Assembly: GCA_963850305.1 (NCBI GenBank)
Contig: CAWKKR010000004.1
Location: 544,001 to 608,000 of the forward strand
DNA length: 64,000 nt
Source of the DNA: an uncultured delta proteobacterium
Lineage (GTDB): Bacteria; Myxococcota_A; Polyangia; Polyangiales; Polyangiaceae
Reading direction: 5' to 3'
Positions 10,248-21,076 of the stretch are shown here, piece after piece (within the stretch, counting starts at the first letter, position 1; the number at the start of each line of letters is the position of its first letter). The notes below the pieces were generated by a model. That model made no database searches, had not been told where the DNA came from, and was given only the letters and a program-made list of their open reading frames with translations. A program made the position numbers and the translations under genes.

Positions 10248-12604
10248 TCCGCCACGCCGCGTTTCGCGTCGAGCCTTGGTGCCTCCACGAGATCGAGCTC
10301 CATCTCGACATTCTCGCCCAAAGCGAGTCGCTCTTCGCTCTTTCGAATGGGCACATCGGGCTTCGAGGGAACCTCGACGAAGGGGAGCCACACGGTCTTC
10401 CGGGGTGCTATCTGAACGGCTTCTACGAGCTGCGGCCGCTGCCGTACGCGGAAGGCGGTTACGGATTCCCGACGTCGAGTCAGACGGTCATCAACGTCAC
10501 CAACGGCAAACTGCTCCGCTTGCTCGTGGACGACGAGCCTTTCGATGTGCGCTATGGCGAGCTCCGCCGACACGAGCGAAAGCTCGATTTCTGCACAGGC
10601 ACCTTGAAACGCTGCACGGAGTGGGTCTCGCCCGCAGGACGGAGCATCCGCGTGACCTCCGAACGGCTGGTGTCGTTCACGCAGCGGGCAATCGTCGCCA
10701 TCTGCTACGAAATAGAGCCACTAGACGCTCCGATCAACGTCGTCGTGCAGTCGGAGCTCGTTGCCAACGAGCAACTCCCGACGGCCGATTCGGACCCTCG
10801 TGCGGCAGCCGTCCTGGAGGCGCCGCTCGAGGCAGAAGAGCACTCTTGTTCCGATGGGTCCGGCCTCCTCATCCATCGGACCCGTCAAAGCGGCCTGCGC
10901 GTCGCGAGCGCCATGGACCACGTCGTCGTTGGTTCAGCGCGGGTTCATGTCGCCTCGGCGGCGACGGAAGACTCCGCTCGCGTCTCCGTGGTGGACTTGC
11001 TCGCGCCAGGCGAGCGGCTGCGATTGATCAAGCTCGTCGCCTACGGTTGGTCGAGCAACCGCACCATCCCGGCGCTACGCGATCAGGTCGCTGCAGCGCT
11101 GGAAGCTGCGCGCCTCACCGGGTGGGAAGGCCTTCTCACCGATCAACGAAGGTACCTCGATGACTTCTGGTCGCGCGCCGACGTTGCACTCGAAGGCGAT
11201 CCCGAACTCCAGCAGGCCGTCCGTTTCTCGCTGTTTCATGTGTTGCAAGCGACGGCCCGCGCGGAAGGCCGTGGCATTCCCGCGAAGGGGCTGACCGGGC
11301 CGGGCTACGACGGGCATTCGTTCTGGGACGGAGAGACGTTCATCCAACCCGTCCTCACTCACACCGTCCCCAAGGCGGCCGCGGACGCATTACGCTGGCG
11401 GCACTCCACACTCGAGACCGCGCGAGCACGCGCGCACGAGCTGCATCTCGAGGGGGCCGCGTTTCCCTGGCGAACGATTCGCGGCGAGGAGTGCTCCGGG
11501 TATTGGCCCGCCGGAGCCGCGGCTTTTCACGTCAATGCGGACATCGCCGACGCGGTCCTTCGCTACGTTCGTGCCACCACGGACGCTCGATTCGAGCGCG
11601 AGATCGGTCTGGGAATCCTGGTCGAAACGGCGAGGTTGTGGCGCAGTCTCGGACACCACGACGCTCAAGGCTCATTCCGGATCGACGGAGTCACGGGTCC
11701 CGACGAGTACAGCGCCATCTCCGACAACAACCTGTTCACGAACCTCATGGCTCGGCGAAACCTCTTCGGAGCCGCCGACGCCTGCGCGAAGTACCCGGAC
11801 CAGGCTCGCGAACTCGGGGCCACGCCCAAAGAGATGGCGAGCTGGCGCGCTGCCGCCGAACACGTACTCGTTCCGTACGACACCCGGCTCGGCGTGCACG
11901 AACAATCCGAAGGTTTCACGACTCACGAGGTGTGGGACTTTGCGAGAACGGGCGAGGACCAATACCCGCTCATGCTGCATTTCCCGTATTTCGACCTGTA
12001 CCGAAAGCAGGTCGTGAAGCAGCCCGATCTGGTGCTGGCGATGCAGCTCTGCGGCGACTCGTTCACACCCGAAGAGAAGGCTCGCAACTTCGCCTATTAC
12101 GAGCGTATCACCGTGCGGGATTCCTCTCTGTCGACCTGCACCCTCGCGGTTCTGGCAGCCGAGGTGGGCCACGTGCAACTGGCCCTCGACTACGTCGCCG
12201 AAGGGGCGCTCCTGGACTTGAAGGATCTCGAGCACAATACCCGCGACGGATTGCACATCGCCGCGCTGGCAGGCACATGGATCGGGCTCACCTTCGGCTT
12301 CGGCGGCATGCGCGACCACGAGAGCACGCTGTCGTTTGCGCCGCGGCTGCCGGATGGATTGACGGGCCTGACGTTCACCATCGTGCGTCGCGGGCTCAGA
12401 TTGTCGGTTCGAGTTAGCCCCAGCTCGGCCGTGTATCGACTCCTCGATCCCGGCGCGGCGCTCGAATTGGTTCACCATGGGGACTCGCTCGTCGTCCGTG
12501 GGACGACTCCCGTCGAGCGGCCGATCCCGCCCTCGCCGGTGCGTGAACCCGCCACGCAACCCCGGTGTCGCGAACCAACACGGAGGAGCGCGCAGCGCGC
12601 ATGA
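10244..12604 (+). CDS. Glycoside hydrolase family 65 (trehalose/maltose/kojibiose phosphorylase-like)
   Basis: ESLFALSNGHIGLRG, AKGLTGPGYDGHSFWD, FPWRTI, GVTGPDEY, KQVVKQPD, DSSLS. ATGA overlap with the beta-PGM gene. Confidence 0.92.
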   Translation: MIRHAAFRVEPWCLHEIELHLDILAQSESLFALSNGHIGLRGNLDEGEPHGLPGCYLNGFYELRPLPYAEGGYGFPTSSQTVINVTNGKLLRLLVDDEPFDVRYGELRRHERKLDFCTGTLKRCTEWVSPAGRSIRVTSERLVSFTQRAIVAICYEIEPLDAPINVVVQSELVANEQLPTADSDPRAAAVLEAPLEAEEHSCSDGSGLLIHRTRQSGLRVASAMDHVVVGSARVHVASAATEDSARVSVVDLLAPGERLRLIKLVAYGWSSNRTIPALRDQVAAALEAARLTGWEGLLTDQRRYLDDFWSRADVALEGDPELQQAVRFSLFHVLQATARAEGRGIPAKGLTGPGYDGHSFWDGETFIQPVLTHTVPKAAADALRWRHSTLETARARAHELHLEGAAFPWRTIRGEECSGYWPAGAAAFHVNADIADAVLRYVRATTDARFEREIGLGILVETARLWRSLGHHDAQGSFRIDGVTGPDEYSAISDNNLFTNLMARRNLFGAADACAKYPDQARELGATPKEMASWRAAAEHVLVPYDTRLGVHEQSEGFTTHEVWDFARTGEDQYPLMLHFPYFDLYRKQVVKQPDLVLAMQLCGDSFTPEEKARNFAYYERITVRDSSLSTCTLAVLAAEVGHVQLALDYVAEGALLDLKDLEHNTRDGLHIAALAGTWIGLTFGFGGMRDHESTLSFAPRLPDGLTGLTFTIVRRGLRLSVRVSPSSAVYRLLDPGAALELVHHGDSLVVRGTTPVERPIPPSPVREPATQPRCREPTRRSAQRA

Positions 12605-12637
12605 GTCGAGCGTGGTCGCTGGAAGCGTCGCCCGCGC

Positions 12638-12662
12638 CGAACGCGTCGAACGCGTCGAACGC
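12638..12662 (+). repeat. 9-bp tandem repeat (CGAACGCGT x2.8)
   Basis: CGAACGCGT CGAACGCGT CGAACGC in the intergenic region upstream of a sigma54 promoter. Confidence 0.7.
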
Positions 12663-12678
12663 CCAGGGACCGGCCAGC

Positions 12679-12694
12679 GGGCACGGTGTTTGCA
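12679..12694 (+). promoter_or_regulatory. sigma54 (-24/-12) promoter
   Basis: GGGCACGGTGTTTGCA. Confidence 0.75.
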
Positions 12695-12765
12695 GAACAA
12701 TCCACCCTGCGGCGTGAAAGATGGCGCGCCCCCGAGACGATGAGACCATCCAGAAGGAGCCTGCG

Positions 12766-13536
12766 ATGTTCGAAAAGCTCAAAGAAATGCCTCCTGGGAT
12801 CGATGGCGTGAAGGCGGTCGGAACGGTGTCGAAGAACGACTACATCAACGTGCTCGAGCCGCTTCTCGAGGAGGCACGACAGGAGGGGCGTCACGTTCGT
12901 TTCCTCTTCGAGCTAGGTCCGGATTTCGAGAGTCTCGAGCCGAGCGCAGCCCTGGAAGACGCGAAGGTCGGCCTCCGATACTTGCGGCTCTTCGACGCCT
13001 GCGCGATCGTGACCGACGTCCGCTGGATCCGGGAGTCGATCAGGCTCGCGGCATTCTTGATGCCGTGTCCGGTGCGCGTGTTCGGCAACAAGGAGCGCGC
13101 TCAGGCCGTTCAGTGGCTGTCCTCGCACCCCGAAAAGGCGGCGCTCGCGCATCGCATGTTGCCGGAGTCCGGCGTCATGTTGATCGAGGTCGACCAACCC
13201 GTGCGAGCGCAAGACTTCGACGCCATGGCGGCGACGGCCGATGCCTGGATCGAAGCGCACGGCTCCCTCGCTGGCGTCGTCGTCCACCTGCGAGAATTTC
13301 CCGGCTGGGAAAATCTGTCGAGCCTCGTTCGACACGTGCGCTTCGTTCATGACCATCACCGGAAGGTCAAGCGGGTCGCGTTCGCGGTCGATCAAGGAAA
13401 CCTCGCAAAGTTTGGCCCTGGATTCGCGGAGCACTTCGTCAAGGCGGAAGTGAAAGCATTCGGATACGACCAGCTCGCGGACGCGGTCGCCTGGGCGGGA
13501 GCTTCCGCGGGCAGGACGAGGACGGACGCCAACTGA
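12766..13536 (+). CDS. Tandem SpoIIAA-like (STAS/SEC14) domain protein
   Basis: Two repeats of the pattern (G.VSKNDY..AIVTDVRW..VRVF..AVQWL; AQDFD..FPGWE..RVAFAVD..VKAF..AVAWA). AAGGAG RBS. Confidence 0.8.
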   Translation: MFEKLKEMPPGIDGVKAVGTVSKNDYINVLEPLLEEARQEGRHVRFLFELGPDFESLEPSAALEDAKVGLRYLRLFDACAIVTDVRWIRESIRLAAFLMPCPVRVFGNKERAQAVQWLSSHPEKAALAHRMLPESGVMLIEVDQPVRAQDFDAMAATADAWIEAHGSLAGVVVHLREFPGWENLSSLVRHVRFVHDHHRKVKRVAFAVDQGNLAKFGPGFAEHFVKAEVKAFGYDQLADAVAWAGASAGRTRTDAN

Positions 13537-13677
13537 CGCCGCAGCCGGCTCGGGTTCACCCGCCCGAGACCGCCGCGTCACGCGCCCGATGGCGCGCGTC
13601 GTGATCGGCCGCGCCCTGCAGTTCGAGCCATTGCGTTGCGCCCGCAGGTCAGCGCCGGTACGTATGCGGACCTGCAC

Positions 13678-14298
13678 ATGAACGAGCCCGCTCCGCTCCG
13701 AGGCGCCGAATTCTGGAACCAGCGCTACGGCGGTGAAGACTTTGCTTATGGGCGTGAACCGAACGACTTTCTCCGGGAACAGGCGCATCGCATCCCCGAG
13801 GGGCGCGTCTTGTGTCTCGCAGAGGGCGAGGGGCGAAACTCGGTGTTCCTCGCGGGGCTGGGCCACGGCGTGACGGCCGTCGACTTTTCCGCGGAAGGGC
13901 TGCACAAAGCCGAGCGGCTCGCCCGCGAGCGCAACGTCGCGATCGAGACCGTGCAAGCCGACCTCGCGTCGTACGAGCCCGAGGCCGGGAGCTTCACGGG
14001 CGTGGTCGCGATCTTCGCGCACCTGCCGCCGGGGGTTAGAAAGAAGGTCCACGGCTGGGTGCCCCGCGTCCTTCGCCCCGGCGGCGTCTTCCTGCTGGAG
14101 GCGTACCGGCCCGAGCAGCTGGCGTACGGCACGGGCGGACCCCGCGATCCCGCTCTGCTGATGACCCTCGATGCCCTGAAGACCGAGCTTGCGCCCCTGT
14201 CGTTCGAGATCGGGCGCGAGGTCGATCGGGAGATCGAGGAGGGGTCGTTTCATTCGGGTCGGAGCGCCACCGTGCAGGTGCTCGCGGTCCGCAGCTAG
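13678..14298 (+). CDS. Class I SAM-dependent methyltransferase
   Basis: FWNQRY..YGREPNDFL, VLCLAEGEGRNSVFLA, AVDFS, LRPGGVFLLEAY. Confidence 0.88.
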   Translation: MNEPAPLRGAEFWNQRYGGEDFAYGREPNDFLREQAHRIPEGRVLCLAEGEGRNSVFLAGLGHGVTAVDFSAEGLHKAERLARERNVAIETVQADLASYEPEAGSFTGVVAIFAHLPPGVRKKVHGWVPRVLRPGGVFLLEAYRPEQLAYGTGGPRDPALLMTLDALKTELAPLSFEIGREVDREIEEGSFHSGRSATVQVLAVRS

Positions 14299-14363
14299 CT
14301 TGGCCAATCGGTTTCGCCCCCCTCGCTTCTTCGGCGCCCCCCCGCGGCATCGGACGCGTTACG

Positions 14364-15500
14364 ATGGGGCTCGTGGCAGAGGTACTCGACACGAGCGCAC
14401 TGGGCGACTTGCTCGCACTGCTCGTCGACGAGGGCCGTACGCTCATCGGACCCACGGTCCGCGACGGTGCGATCGTGTACGACGAGATCGGAGGGCTCTC
14501 CGAGTTACCCGAGGGGTGGACTGCCTCACAGAGCCCGGGAAGCTACAGGCTGGAGCGACGGAAGGACCGAGCCTTGTTCGGCTTCGCGTCGAGCGGCAGA
14601 TCGTTCAGGCCTTTTTTCCACGTGCCGGTGGAACGACTCGTCACGCTACGGCGCAGTGGCGAAGGGTGGTCGGCCGTCGGGGAACCGACGGTGGGGCGGA
14701 AGCTTGCCCTGATCGGGGCCAGGGCCTGTGATCTCGCGGCCCTAGCGGTGCAAGATCGGGTGTTCGTCGAGGGGGCTTTCCCCGACCCGCGGTACGCCGC
14801 GCGGCGCGCGAATACCTTCGTCATCGCGGTGAACTGCGGCGAAGCCGGTGGGACTTGCTTCTGCACTTCGATGGGAACGGGTCCACGGGCAACCCACGGC
14901 TACGATCTTTCGCTCACCGAGGTCCTCGACGGCGAACACCGCTTCGTCGTCGAGGCGGCCACGGCCGAAGGCGCGCGCTTGCTCGCAGCCGTGCGAAGTC
15001 GCGCTGCGAACGTGGGGGACCTCGCCGCCGCGAACCGGGCCGTGGAGCATGCGCGCGACACCATGGGCCGTTCTCTCGACACCCGCGGCATCCGCGACCT
15101 GTTGTTCGACAACCTGGAGCACCCGCGGTGGGACGACGTCGCCGCGCGCTGCCTCTCGTGCACGAACTGTACGCTCGTCTGCCCGACCTGCTTCTGCGGG
15201 ACGATCGACGAAGTCGCGTCGCTCGAGCCGGACGTCGTGGAGCGCAGGAAACGCTGGGATTCGTGCTTCACGGAGGAGCATTCGTACCTGCATGGCGGCG
15301 CCGCTCGGCCATCGGTGCGGGCGCGCTATCGTCAGTGGCTCACGCACAAGCTCGCCGGATGGATCGACCAATTCGGAAGCTCGGGTTGCGTGGGGTGCGG
15401 TCGCTGCATAACGTGGTGTCCTGCGGGCATCGACATCACCGAAGAGGTGGCCGCGATCCGGGGCAGGCCCGTCCCCACCGCGCGGGAGCAAACACCGTGA
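14364..15500 (+). CDS. Group 3b [NiFe]-hydrogenase beta subunit (4Fe-4S, AsrA-like)
   Basis: [42 protein letters not shown]. Confidence 0.9.
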   Translation: MGLVAEVLDTSALGDLLALLVDEGRTLIGPTVRDGAIVYDEIGGLSELPEGWTASQSPGSYRLERRKDRALFGFASSGRSFRPFFHVPVERLVTLRRSGEGWSAVGEPTVGRKLALIGARACDLAALAVQDRVFVEGAFPDPRYAARRANTFVIAVNCGEAGGTCFCTSMGTGPRATHGYDLSLTEVLDGEHRFVVEAATAEGARLLAAVRSRAANVGDLAAANRAVEHARDTMGRSLDTRGIRDLLFDNLEHPRWDDVAARCLSCTNCTLVCPTCFCGTIDEVASLEPDVVERRKRWDSCFTEEHSYLHGGAARPSVRARYRQWLTHKLAGWIDQFGSSGCVGCGRCITWCPAGIDITEEVAAIRGRPVPTAREQTP

Positions 15501-15964
15501 CCTTCGAATCGACCGAGCGCTTGCTCCGCGAGCATTCCTTCACGGAGGGCATGTCGGACGCCCATGTGCGCTTCATGTTCGGGTGCATGAAGAACGTGCG
15601 CTACCGGACCGGCGAGTACCTGTTTCGCGAGGGGGAGGCCGCGGACCAGCTCTTCCTCCTGCGCCAGGGCCGCGTCACTCTGGAGGTACACGCCGCGGGA
15701 AGCGGCGCTACCCAGCTCGAGAGCCTCGGTGAAGGGGACGTGCTCGGGTGGTCGGTGCTCTTCCCTCCACACCGATGGGACACGGACTGCCGCGTCCTCG
15801 AAACGTGCGTCGCCCTCCTGTTCGACGGGAGCTGCCTGCGGCAAAAGGTCGAGCAAGATCTGCCGTTCGCTTATGCCCTCACGCGGCGCTTGCTCTACGT
15901 CGTGCACCGACGTCTCGAGCGCGCCCGTCTCCACGAAGCGGATGTGTACGGGGCGCGCGCTTGA
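15497..15964 (+). CDS. Cyclic nucleotide-binding domain protein
   Basis: [33 protein letters not shown] start overlaps the upstream stop; no HTH domain. Confidence 0.85.
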   Translation: MTFESTERLLREHSFTEGMSDAHVRFMFGCMKNVRYRTGEYLFREGEAADQLFLLRQGRVTLEVHAAGSGATQLESLGEGDVLGWSVLFPPHRWDTDCRVLETCVALLFDGSCLRQKVEQDLPFAYALTRRLLYVVHRRLERARLHEADVYGARA

Positions 15965-16791
15965 CGTTCGGGTCCCCACACGACCCGATGGTCCCAGCAT
16001 TTCTGCGCGTCTTGCGCGTTCGTCGCGAGACCGAAGACGTGCGCACGGTCGAGATCGACACTTCGGAATCCGGCTTCTCCTTCCTGCCGGGGCAATTCAA
16101 CATGCTGTACGCGCCGGGCCTCGGAGAGAGCGCGATCTCCGTGAGCGGCGATCCCTCGAAGCCCGCTCGCCTCGTGCACACCATCCGTGCGGTCGGCACT
16201 GCCACGCGCGGGCTCACCGCCCTCCGCCGCGGAGACCAGGTCGGAGTGCGCGGTCCCTTCGGCCATGGATGGCCGCTCGAAGCGGCGGTCGGGGGTGATG
16301 TGGTCATCGTCGCTGGCGGGCTTGGGCTCGCGCCGCTCCGGTCCGCGATCTACGAACTTTGCCGGCGCCGCCCCGAGTTCGGGCACGTCGCCGTGGCGTG
16401 CGGTGCTCGGTCTCCCGACCAGGTGTTGTTCCAGACCGAGCTCGCCCGGTTCGGCGAGAAGCTCGATGTGTCGGTGACGGTCGATAGCGCCGACGAAGGC
16501 TGGACGGGGGCCACGGGGGTCGTGACCGGCCTGCTTCCGCGGGCCGTGCGCGATCCGCCGCGAACCACGGCGTTCGTCTGCGGCCCCGAGGTGATGATGC
16601 GCTTCGCGGCGCGGGAGCTTTCGCGGCTCGGTGTCGCCGAGACGCGGATCTTCGTTTCCCTCGAGCGCAACATGAAGTGCGGGCTCGGACACTGTGGCCA
16701 CTGCCAGCTCGGACCGACCCTCATCTGCCGCGACGGACCGGTCTACGGGTACGATCGCGTGAACCGGTATCTTCACGTGCGGGAGCTCTAG
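15961..16791 (+). CDS. Group 3b hydrogenase gamma subunit (FAD/NAD(P)-binding, 2Fe-2S)
   Basis: [48 protein letters not shown]. Confidence 0.9.
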   Translation: MTFGSPHDPMVPAFLRVLRVRRETEDVRTVEIDTSESGFSFLPGQFNMLYAPGLGESAISVSGDPSKPARLVHTIRAVGTATRGLTALRRGDQVGVRGPFGHGWPLEAAVGGDVVIVAGGLGLAPLRSAIYELCRRRPEFGHVAVACGARSPDQVLFQTELARFGEKLDVSVTVDSADEGWTGATGVVTGLLPRAVRDPPRTTAFVCGPEVMMRFAARELSRLGVAETRIFVSLERNMKCGLGHCGHCQLGPTLICRDGPVYGYDRVNRYLHVREL

Positions 16792-17586
16792 GTGAGCCCG
16801 CGCCGTCCGAAGCTCGCCGTCTGGAAGTTCGCCTCCTGCGATGGGTGCCAGCTGTCGCTGCTCGACTGCGAGGACGAGCTGCTCACGGTGGCCGAGCACG
16901 TGACGATCGCGCATTTCCTGGAAGCATCGAGCGCCACCGTGAGGGGCCCGTACGACGTTTCTCTCGTCGAGGGATCGGTGACGACGGCGCACGACGCGGA
17001 ACGCATCCAGGCGATCCGGCGCGCATCGAAGAAGCTCGTCACGATCGGCGCTTGCGCCACTGCCGGCGGGGTTCAGGCACTGCGGAACTTCCGGGACGAA
17101 AAGGAGTTCCTCTCCGTCGTCTACGCGCACCCGGAATACATCGACTCGCTCTCGACCTCCACGCCGATCGCGGCACACGTGCCGGTCGATTTCGAGCTCC
17201 ACGGCTGTCCCATCGACAAGCGGCAGCTCCTCGAGGCGCTCGCCGCGCTCGTGAACGGCCGCATTCCGTCCGTTCCATCGACTCCCGTGTGCGTCGAATG
17301 CAAGAGCCGCGGCACCTCGTGCGTCGTTGTCGCGCGCGGCACTCCGTGCCTCGGTCCAGTCACTCAGTCGGGCTGTGGCGCGCTCTGCCCGAGCTTCGAC
17401 CGCGGCTGCTACGGCTGCTTCGGACCCGTCCGCGGCGCGCAGACGGCTTCTCTCGAACCCTTGCTCTTGCGGCTGGGGACGTCGCCGCGTCAGATCGAGC
17501 GCCTTTACTCGACCTTCAACGTCGCCGCCCCCGCGTTCGAGGCGGCGGCCGGGAGCGCGCGGGAAAAGGAGCCTCGAGGTGGCTAG
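16792..17586 (+). CDS. Group 3b hydrogenase small (delta) subunit
   Basis: [47 protein letters not shown]. Confidence 0.92.
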   Translation: MSPRRPKLAVWKFASCDGCQLSLLDCEDELLTVAEHVTIAHFLEASSATVRGPYDVSLVEGSVTTAHDAERIQAIRRASKKLVTIGACATAGGVQALRNFRDEKEFLSVVYAHPEYIDSLSTSTPIAAHVPVDFELHGCPIDKRQLLEALAALVNGRIPSVPSTPVCVECKSRGTSCVVVARGTPCLGPVTQSGCGALCPSFDRGCYGCFGPVRGAQTASLEPLLLRLGTSPRQIERLYSTFNVAAPAFEAAAGSAREKEPRGG

Positions 17587-18865
17587 GACCATTCGCATCG
17601 ACCAGCTCGCTCGCGTCGAAGGCGAGGGATCGCTGACGATCCGCTTTTCGGGCAATCGACCGAAAGACGTGGAGCTCAGGATCTTCGAGCCGCCCCGCTT
17701 CTTCGAAGCGTTCCTCCGGGGCCGTTCGTGTCTCGAGGCCCCCGACCTCACCGCACGCATCTGCGGTATCTGTCCGGTCGCGTACCAGATGAGTGCTTGC
17801 GCGGCGATCGAGGACGCTCTGGGCGTAGACGTGGGCGCCGACATCCGGGCGCTCCGCCGCTTGCTGTACGCGGGTGAATGGATCGAGAGCCACTGCCTGC
17901 ACGTGTTCATGCTGCACGCGCCGGATTTTCTCGGGTACCCGAGCGGCGTGGCGATGGCGAAGGATCACCCCGAACCGGTACGAGCAGGACTCCGCATCAA
18001 GAAGGCGGGGAACGCCATCGTGCGCGCGCTGGGAGGCCGCGAGATCCACCCCATCAACGTGCGAGTCGGCGGATTCTATAGAGTGCCGTCGCGAAGCGAG
18101 CTCGAGGCACTCGTGCCGGAGCTCGAGTGCGCCCGCAAGCAGGCGCGCGAGAGCCTCGAGTGGATGGCAAGGTTCGACTTCCCGGACTTCGAGCGGGACT
18201 ACGAGCTCGTCGCGCTGCGAAGTGGTGACGACTACCCGACGTGCGGCGGACGACTCGCGTCGAACAAGGGTCTCGACGTCGCGGTGACCGACTACGATGA
18301 GTGGTTCACGGAGGAACAGGTGGAGTATTCCACGGCGCTCCACTCGACCCTGCGTGGGCGTGACGCCTACCTGTGCGGCCCGCTCTCACGGATCAATCTG
18401 GCGTTCGAGCGTCTCTCGCCTGCGGCACGGGAAGCCGCCGGGGCCGTCGGATTCTCGGTGCCGTGCATGAATCCGTTCAAGAGCCTGCTCGCCCGCTTGC
18501 TGGAGATCATTCACGCTCTCGACGAATCCCTTCGGTTCGTTGCTTCGTATACGGTGCCCGCGGTGCCGAGTGTTGATGTCCGGATGCACGAAGGGATCGG
18601 TCGGGGTGCCACGGAGGCGCCGCGCGGCCTTCTCTATCACCGCTACCAGCTCCGCGACGATGGCACGATCGAGAACGCGAAGATCGTCCCCCCGACGTCG
18701 CAGAACCAGAAATCCATCGAGCGCGACCTCTTCGAGATCGCACCTCGGCTCGCCGCGATGCCGCATCCGGCCGCCTGCACGCTGGCCGAGCAGACCGTCC
18801 GAAACCACGACCCTTGCATTTCTTGCTCCACGCACTTCCTGAAGCTCGACATCGTGCACGAGTGA
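17579..18865 (+). CDS. Group 3b [NiFe]-hydrogenase large (alpha) subunit
   Basis: LARVEGEG, L1 motif [16 protein letters not shown]2 motif DPCISCSTH followed by a short C-terminal tail. Confidence 0.95.
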   Translation: MARTIRIDQLARVEGEGSLTIRFSGNRPKDVELRIFEPPRFFEAFLRGRSCLEAPDLTARICGICPVAYQMSACAAIEDALGVDVGADIRALRRLLYAGEWIESHCLHVFMLHAPDFLGYPSGVAMAKDHPEPVRAGLRIKKAGNAIVRALGGREIHPINVRVGGFYRVPSRSELEALVPELECARKQARESLEWMARFDFPDFERDYELVALRSGDDYPTCGGRLASNKGLDVAVTDYDEWFTEEQVEYSTALHSTLRGRDAYLCGPLSRINLAFERLSPAAREAAGAVGFSVPCMNPFKSLLARLLEIIHALDESLRFVASYTVPAVPSVDVRMHEGIGRGATEAPRGLLYHRYQLRDDGTIENAKIVPPTSQNQKSIERDLFEIAPRLAAMPHPAACTLAEQTVRNHDPCISCSTHFLKLDIVHE

Positions 18866-18872
18866 CCTCCGC

Positions 18873-19361
18873 ATGCGAGGGCGCGTCATCGGGATCGGTC
18901 AGCAATCGGCGGGGGACGACGGGGCGGGGCTCGCCGTCATCGAGGCTCTGCGGCAGTATCCGGAAGCGCGCGACCTCGATCTGGTCGTCACGGACGACGC
19001 GAGTGACCTCATCGTGTTGCTCGAGTGTCCGGCTCCCGTGATCGTCGTGGACGCGGTCGTTGGAGCGGGGCCTCCGGGGCAGATCCTCGTCGTCACACCC
19101 GCATCGCTCGCGAACGCGCCCCCGTCGAGACTCTCGACGCATGGGCTCGGCGTCCGTCAAGCGATCGAGCTGTCGGCCATCCTGTCGCCGAACCTGGTCG
19201 CCAGGGAGATCCACATCGTTGCGCTCTGCATCGCCGAACCCGAGCGCGCGGTCATCGGGCTCTCGCCGCCGGTACGAGACGCGGCGGAGCGCGCCGCTCG
19301 CCTCGTCCTGGATATCGTCGACCGTCGCCGGCAGTCGAGTCGAGCGAGCTTCGAGCGGTGA
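18873..19361 (+). CDS. Hydrogenase maturation endopeptidase
   Basis: IGIG...GDDGAG, IVVDAV, STHGLG. Directly follows the large subunit. Confidence 0.88.
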   Translation: MRGRVIGIGQQSAGDDGAGLAVIEALRQYPEARDLDLVVTDDASDLIVLLECPAPVIVVDAVVGAGPPGQILVVTPASLANAPPSRLSTHGLGVRQAIELSAILSPNLVAREIHIVALCIAEPERAVIGLSPPVRDAAERAARLVLDIVDRRRQSSRASFER

Positions 19362-19367
19362 AATGAC

Positions 19368-20027
19368 TCACTTGAACGGGATCAGAAACCCGGACTGATG
19401 ACCCGATCGTTGAGGGTTGAAATGGTACGTGTGTGGCCGCTGATGATGTTCCGCGTGTTGTTCACACCAGAACTCCTTGCCGTTGGTCACTCGACGCGTT
19501 TCGAGGCAACGCGGGCAGGGTGGTTCGATCTTGGGGGTTTTGATCCCGGCAACCGATCCGGCGGGACGGAACACGAGGACGGGGCAAGGAGCCAGCCTGA
19601 TCGTCGCCTCCGCGACCGAACCGAGGAAGAAATGCCCCGCGCCCCGGCGACCATGGGTTCCCACGATCACGAGGTCGGCTTCGACATCGGCGGCGAGCTG
19701 GGAGATCACCTCTGCGGGGTGGTAAAGGCCGATGTGGGTCATCAATCGGTCGAACGGGGCGCCGCTGCTGAAGCGGTCCGCATGCCGGGCCAGCAGTTCC
19801 TCCACATGGGCTTGCAAGCGCAGGGATTCCTCGGACAGGTCGGGCGCCGTCACCGCGCCCACCGGGAGCACCGTGACCCTTCCGATGACGTGAACGACGT
19901 GAATCTGGGTCGGCTGGTGCCTTCCTGCGATGTCGATGGCGTAATCGAGAGCTCCACTGCCGAGATCGGAGTAGTCGATCCCGACGACGATCGTGAAAGG
20001 CTTCGTTTCTCGGCTGGCTTGGGTCAT
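19368..20027 (-). CDS. Universal stress protein with Cys/His-rich C-terminal tail
   Basis: IVVGIDYS, ADLVIVGTHGRRG..FLGSVAE..APCPVLV. AGGAGG RBS before the ATG at 20027. Confidence 0.9.
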   Translation of the reverse strand: MTQASRETKPFTIVVGIDYSDLGSGALDYAIDIAGRHQPTQIHVVHVIGRVTVLPVGAVTAPDLSEESLRLQAHVEELLARHADRFSSGAPFDRLMTHIGLYHPAEVISQLAADVEADLVIVGTHGRRGAGHFFLGSVAEATIRLAPCPVLVFRPAGSVAGIKTPKIEPPCPRCLETRRVTNGKEFWCEQHAEHHQRPHTYHFNPQRSGHQSGFLIPFK

Positions 20028-20048
20028 ATCGCCTCCTGCCGCTTTCGA

Positions 20049-20065
20049 TGCATGCAATGGGCCAA
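20049..20065 (-). promoter_or_regulatory. Probable sigma54 promoter for the USP gene
   Basis: TTGGCCCATTGCATGCA (GG-N10-GC). The predicted +1 falls just 5' of the RBS. Confidence 0.55.
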
Positions 20066-20225
20066 TCGGGCGGCCGCGGTTCCCGGTGAAGAGGGACGCC
20101 CCGGAAGTGATTCTTTCGGTCCGATGACGGTGCAATTCCGTCGCTCCCGCGCACGGAGTGCGCCCCGTTAGTTCAGCATCGACGCCTAAGCAATTCCCTC
20201 CCCCTGCTTGACGCCAGGGTTCGGT

Positions 20226-20999
20226 TCAATGGGAGTCGATCCCCGCCCTCTTCGCGAGCGCTCGATCGATGAGCTCGTGGAGGGCTCCTTCCACCTCGTG
20301 CCGAAGCCGCTCGGCCACCTCCGGGTCTTCGGCCTGATCCGGACGGGCCTGCGGCATGATCGGGTCACCCACCAGGTAGCGCAAGCGAACGAGATGGGGG
20401 ATCGGAAGAATTCGCGAAGGCAACGGGATTGGAAAGTCGTTCCGATGCAGCCATCGCCGGCCGCGTGTGTAGGCGTCGCCCACGAAGTCGAAAGCATCGT
20501 CGGCGCCGATGGCCGCGAGCGGCACGAGGGGAGCCTGATTGCGGATTGCCGCCCGCACGAAGCCGTAGCGATTCCCCCAGAGCAAGCGATAACGGAGCTC
20601 CCGCGGTTTGACGGCTTCGCGAAGCCCGCCGGGCAAGACGAGTACGAGCTCATCACGGCTGAGTAGCCGATCGACATTCTCCGGAGTGCCGTCGACCGTG
20701 CCGGTCGCCGCGGCAATCCGTCTCAGAAAGGGCACGCGCCACCACGCGTGCTCGCCGAGCGCCCAGACCGTTCGGTGGAGCTCCTCGCCGATGGCCGCCA
20801 TTGGAAAGAGCACGTCCCAGCCGAACGCATGATTCGCGACGAGAAGCGCCCGGCCGCGGGGGACCTTCTCGAGTCCTTCGATCTCCACCTTCAGCCGCCG
20901 CGAAACCCACGTGACAGCTGCATACAAGCGTCGCGCGGAATCCGGCGAGAAGGCGACGAAGGCGTCCCGGTATTCGGGACGAAAGCGATCGATAGTCAT
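20226..20999 (-). CDS. Lysophospholipid/diacylglycerol acyltransferase family protein
   Basis: LLVANHAFGWD (HxxxxD), LPGGLREA, GFVRAA..PLVP. Confidence 0.85.
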   Translation of the reverse strand: MTIDRFRPEYRDAFVAFSPDSARRLYAAVTWVSRRLKVEIEGLEKVPRGRALLVANHAFGWDVLFPMAAIGEELHRTVWALGEHAWWRVPFLRRIAAATGTVDGTPENVDRLLSRDELVLVLPGGLREAVKPRELRYRLLWGNRYGFVRAAIRNQAPLVPLAAIGADDAFDFVGDAYTRGRRWLHRNDFPIPLPSRILPIPHLVRLRYLVGDPIMPQARPDQAEDPEVAERLRHEVEGALHELIDRALAKRAGIDSH

Positions 21000-21076
21000 G
21001 GTTCGTTACCCGCGGAGCTCGTGGCCCGGGGATCCGCGTCTACGCGCTTTGCCGCCCGCGCAAAGTTAATTTCGGG

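Noticed and set aside
14300..14316. sigma54 promoter before the hydrogenase operon (TTGGCCAATCGGTTTC)
   Set aside because: The -12 position reads TC instead of the near-invariant GC.
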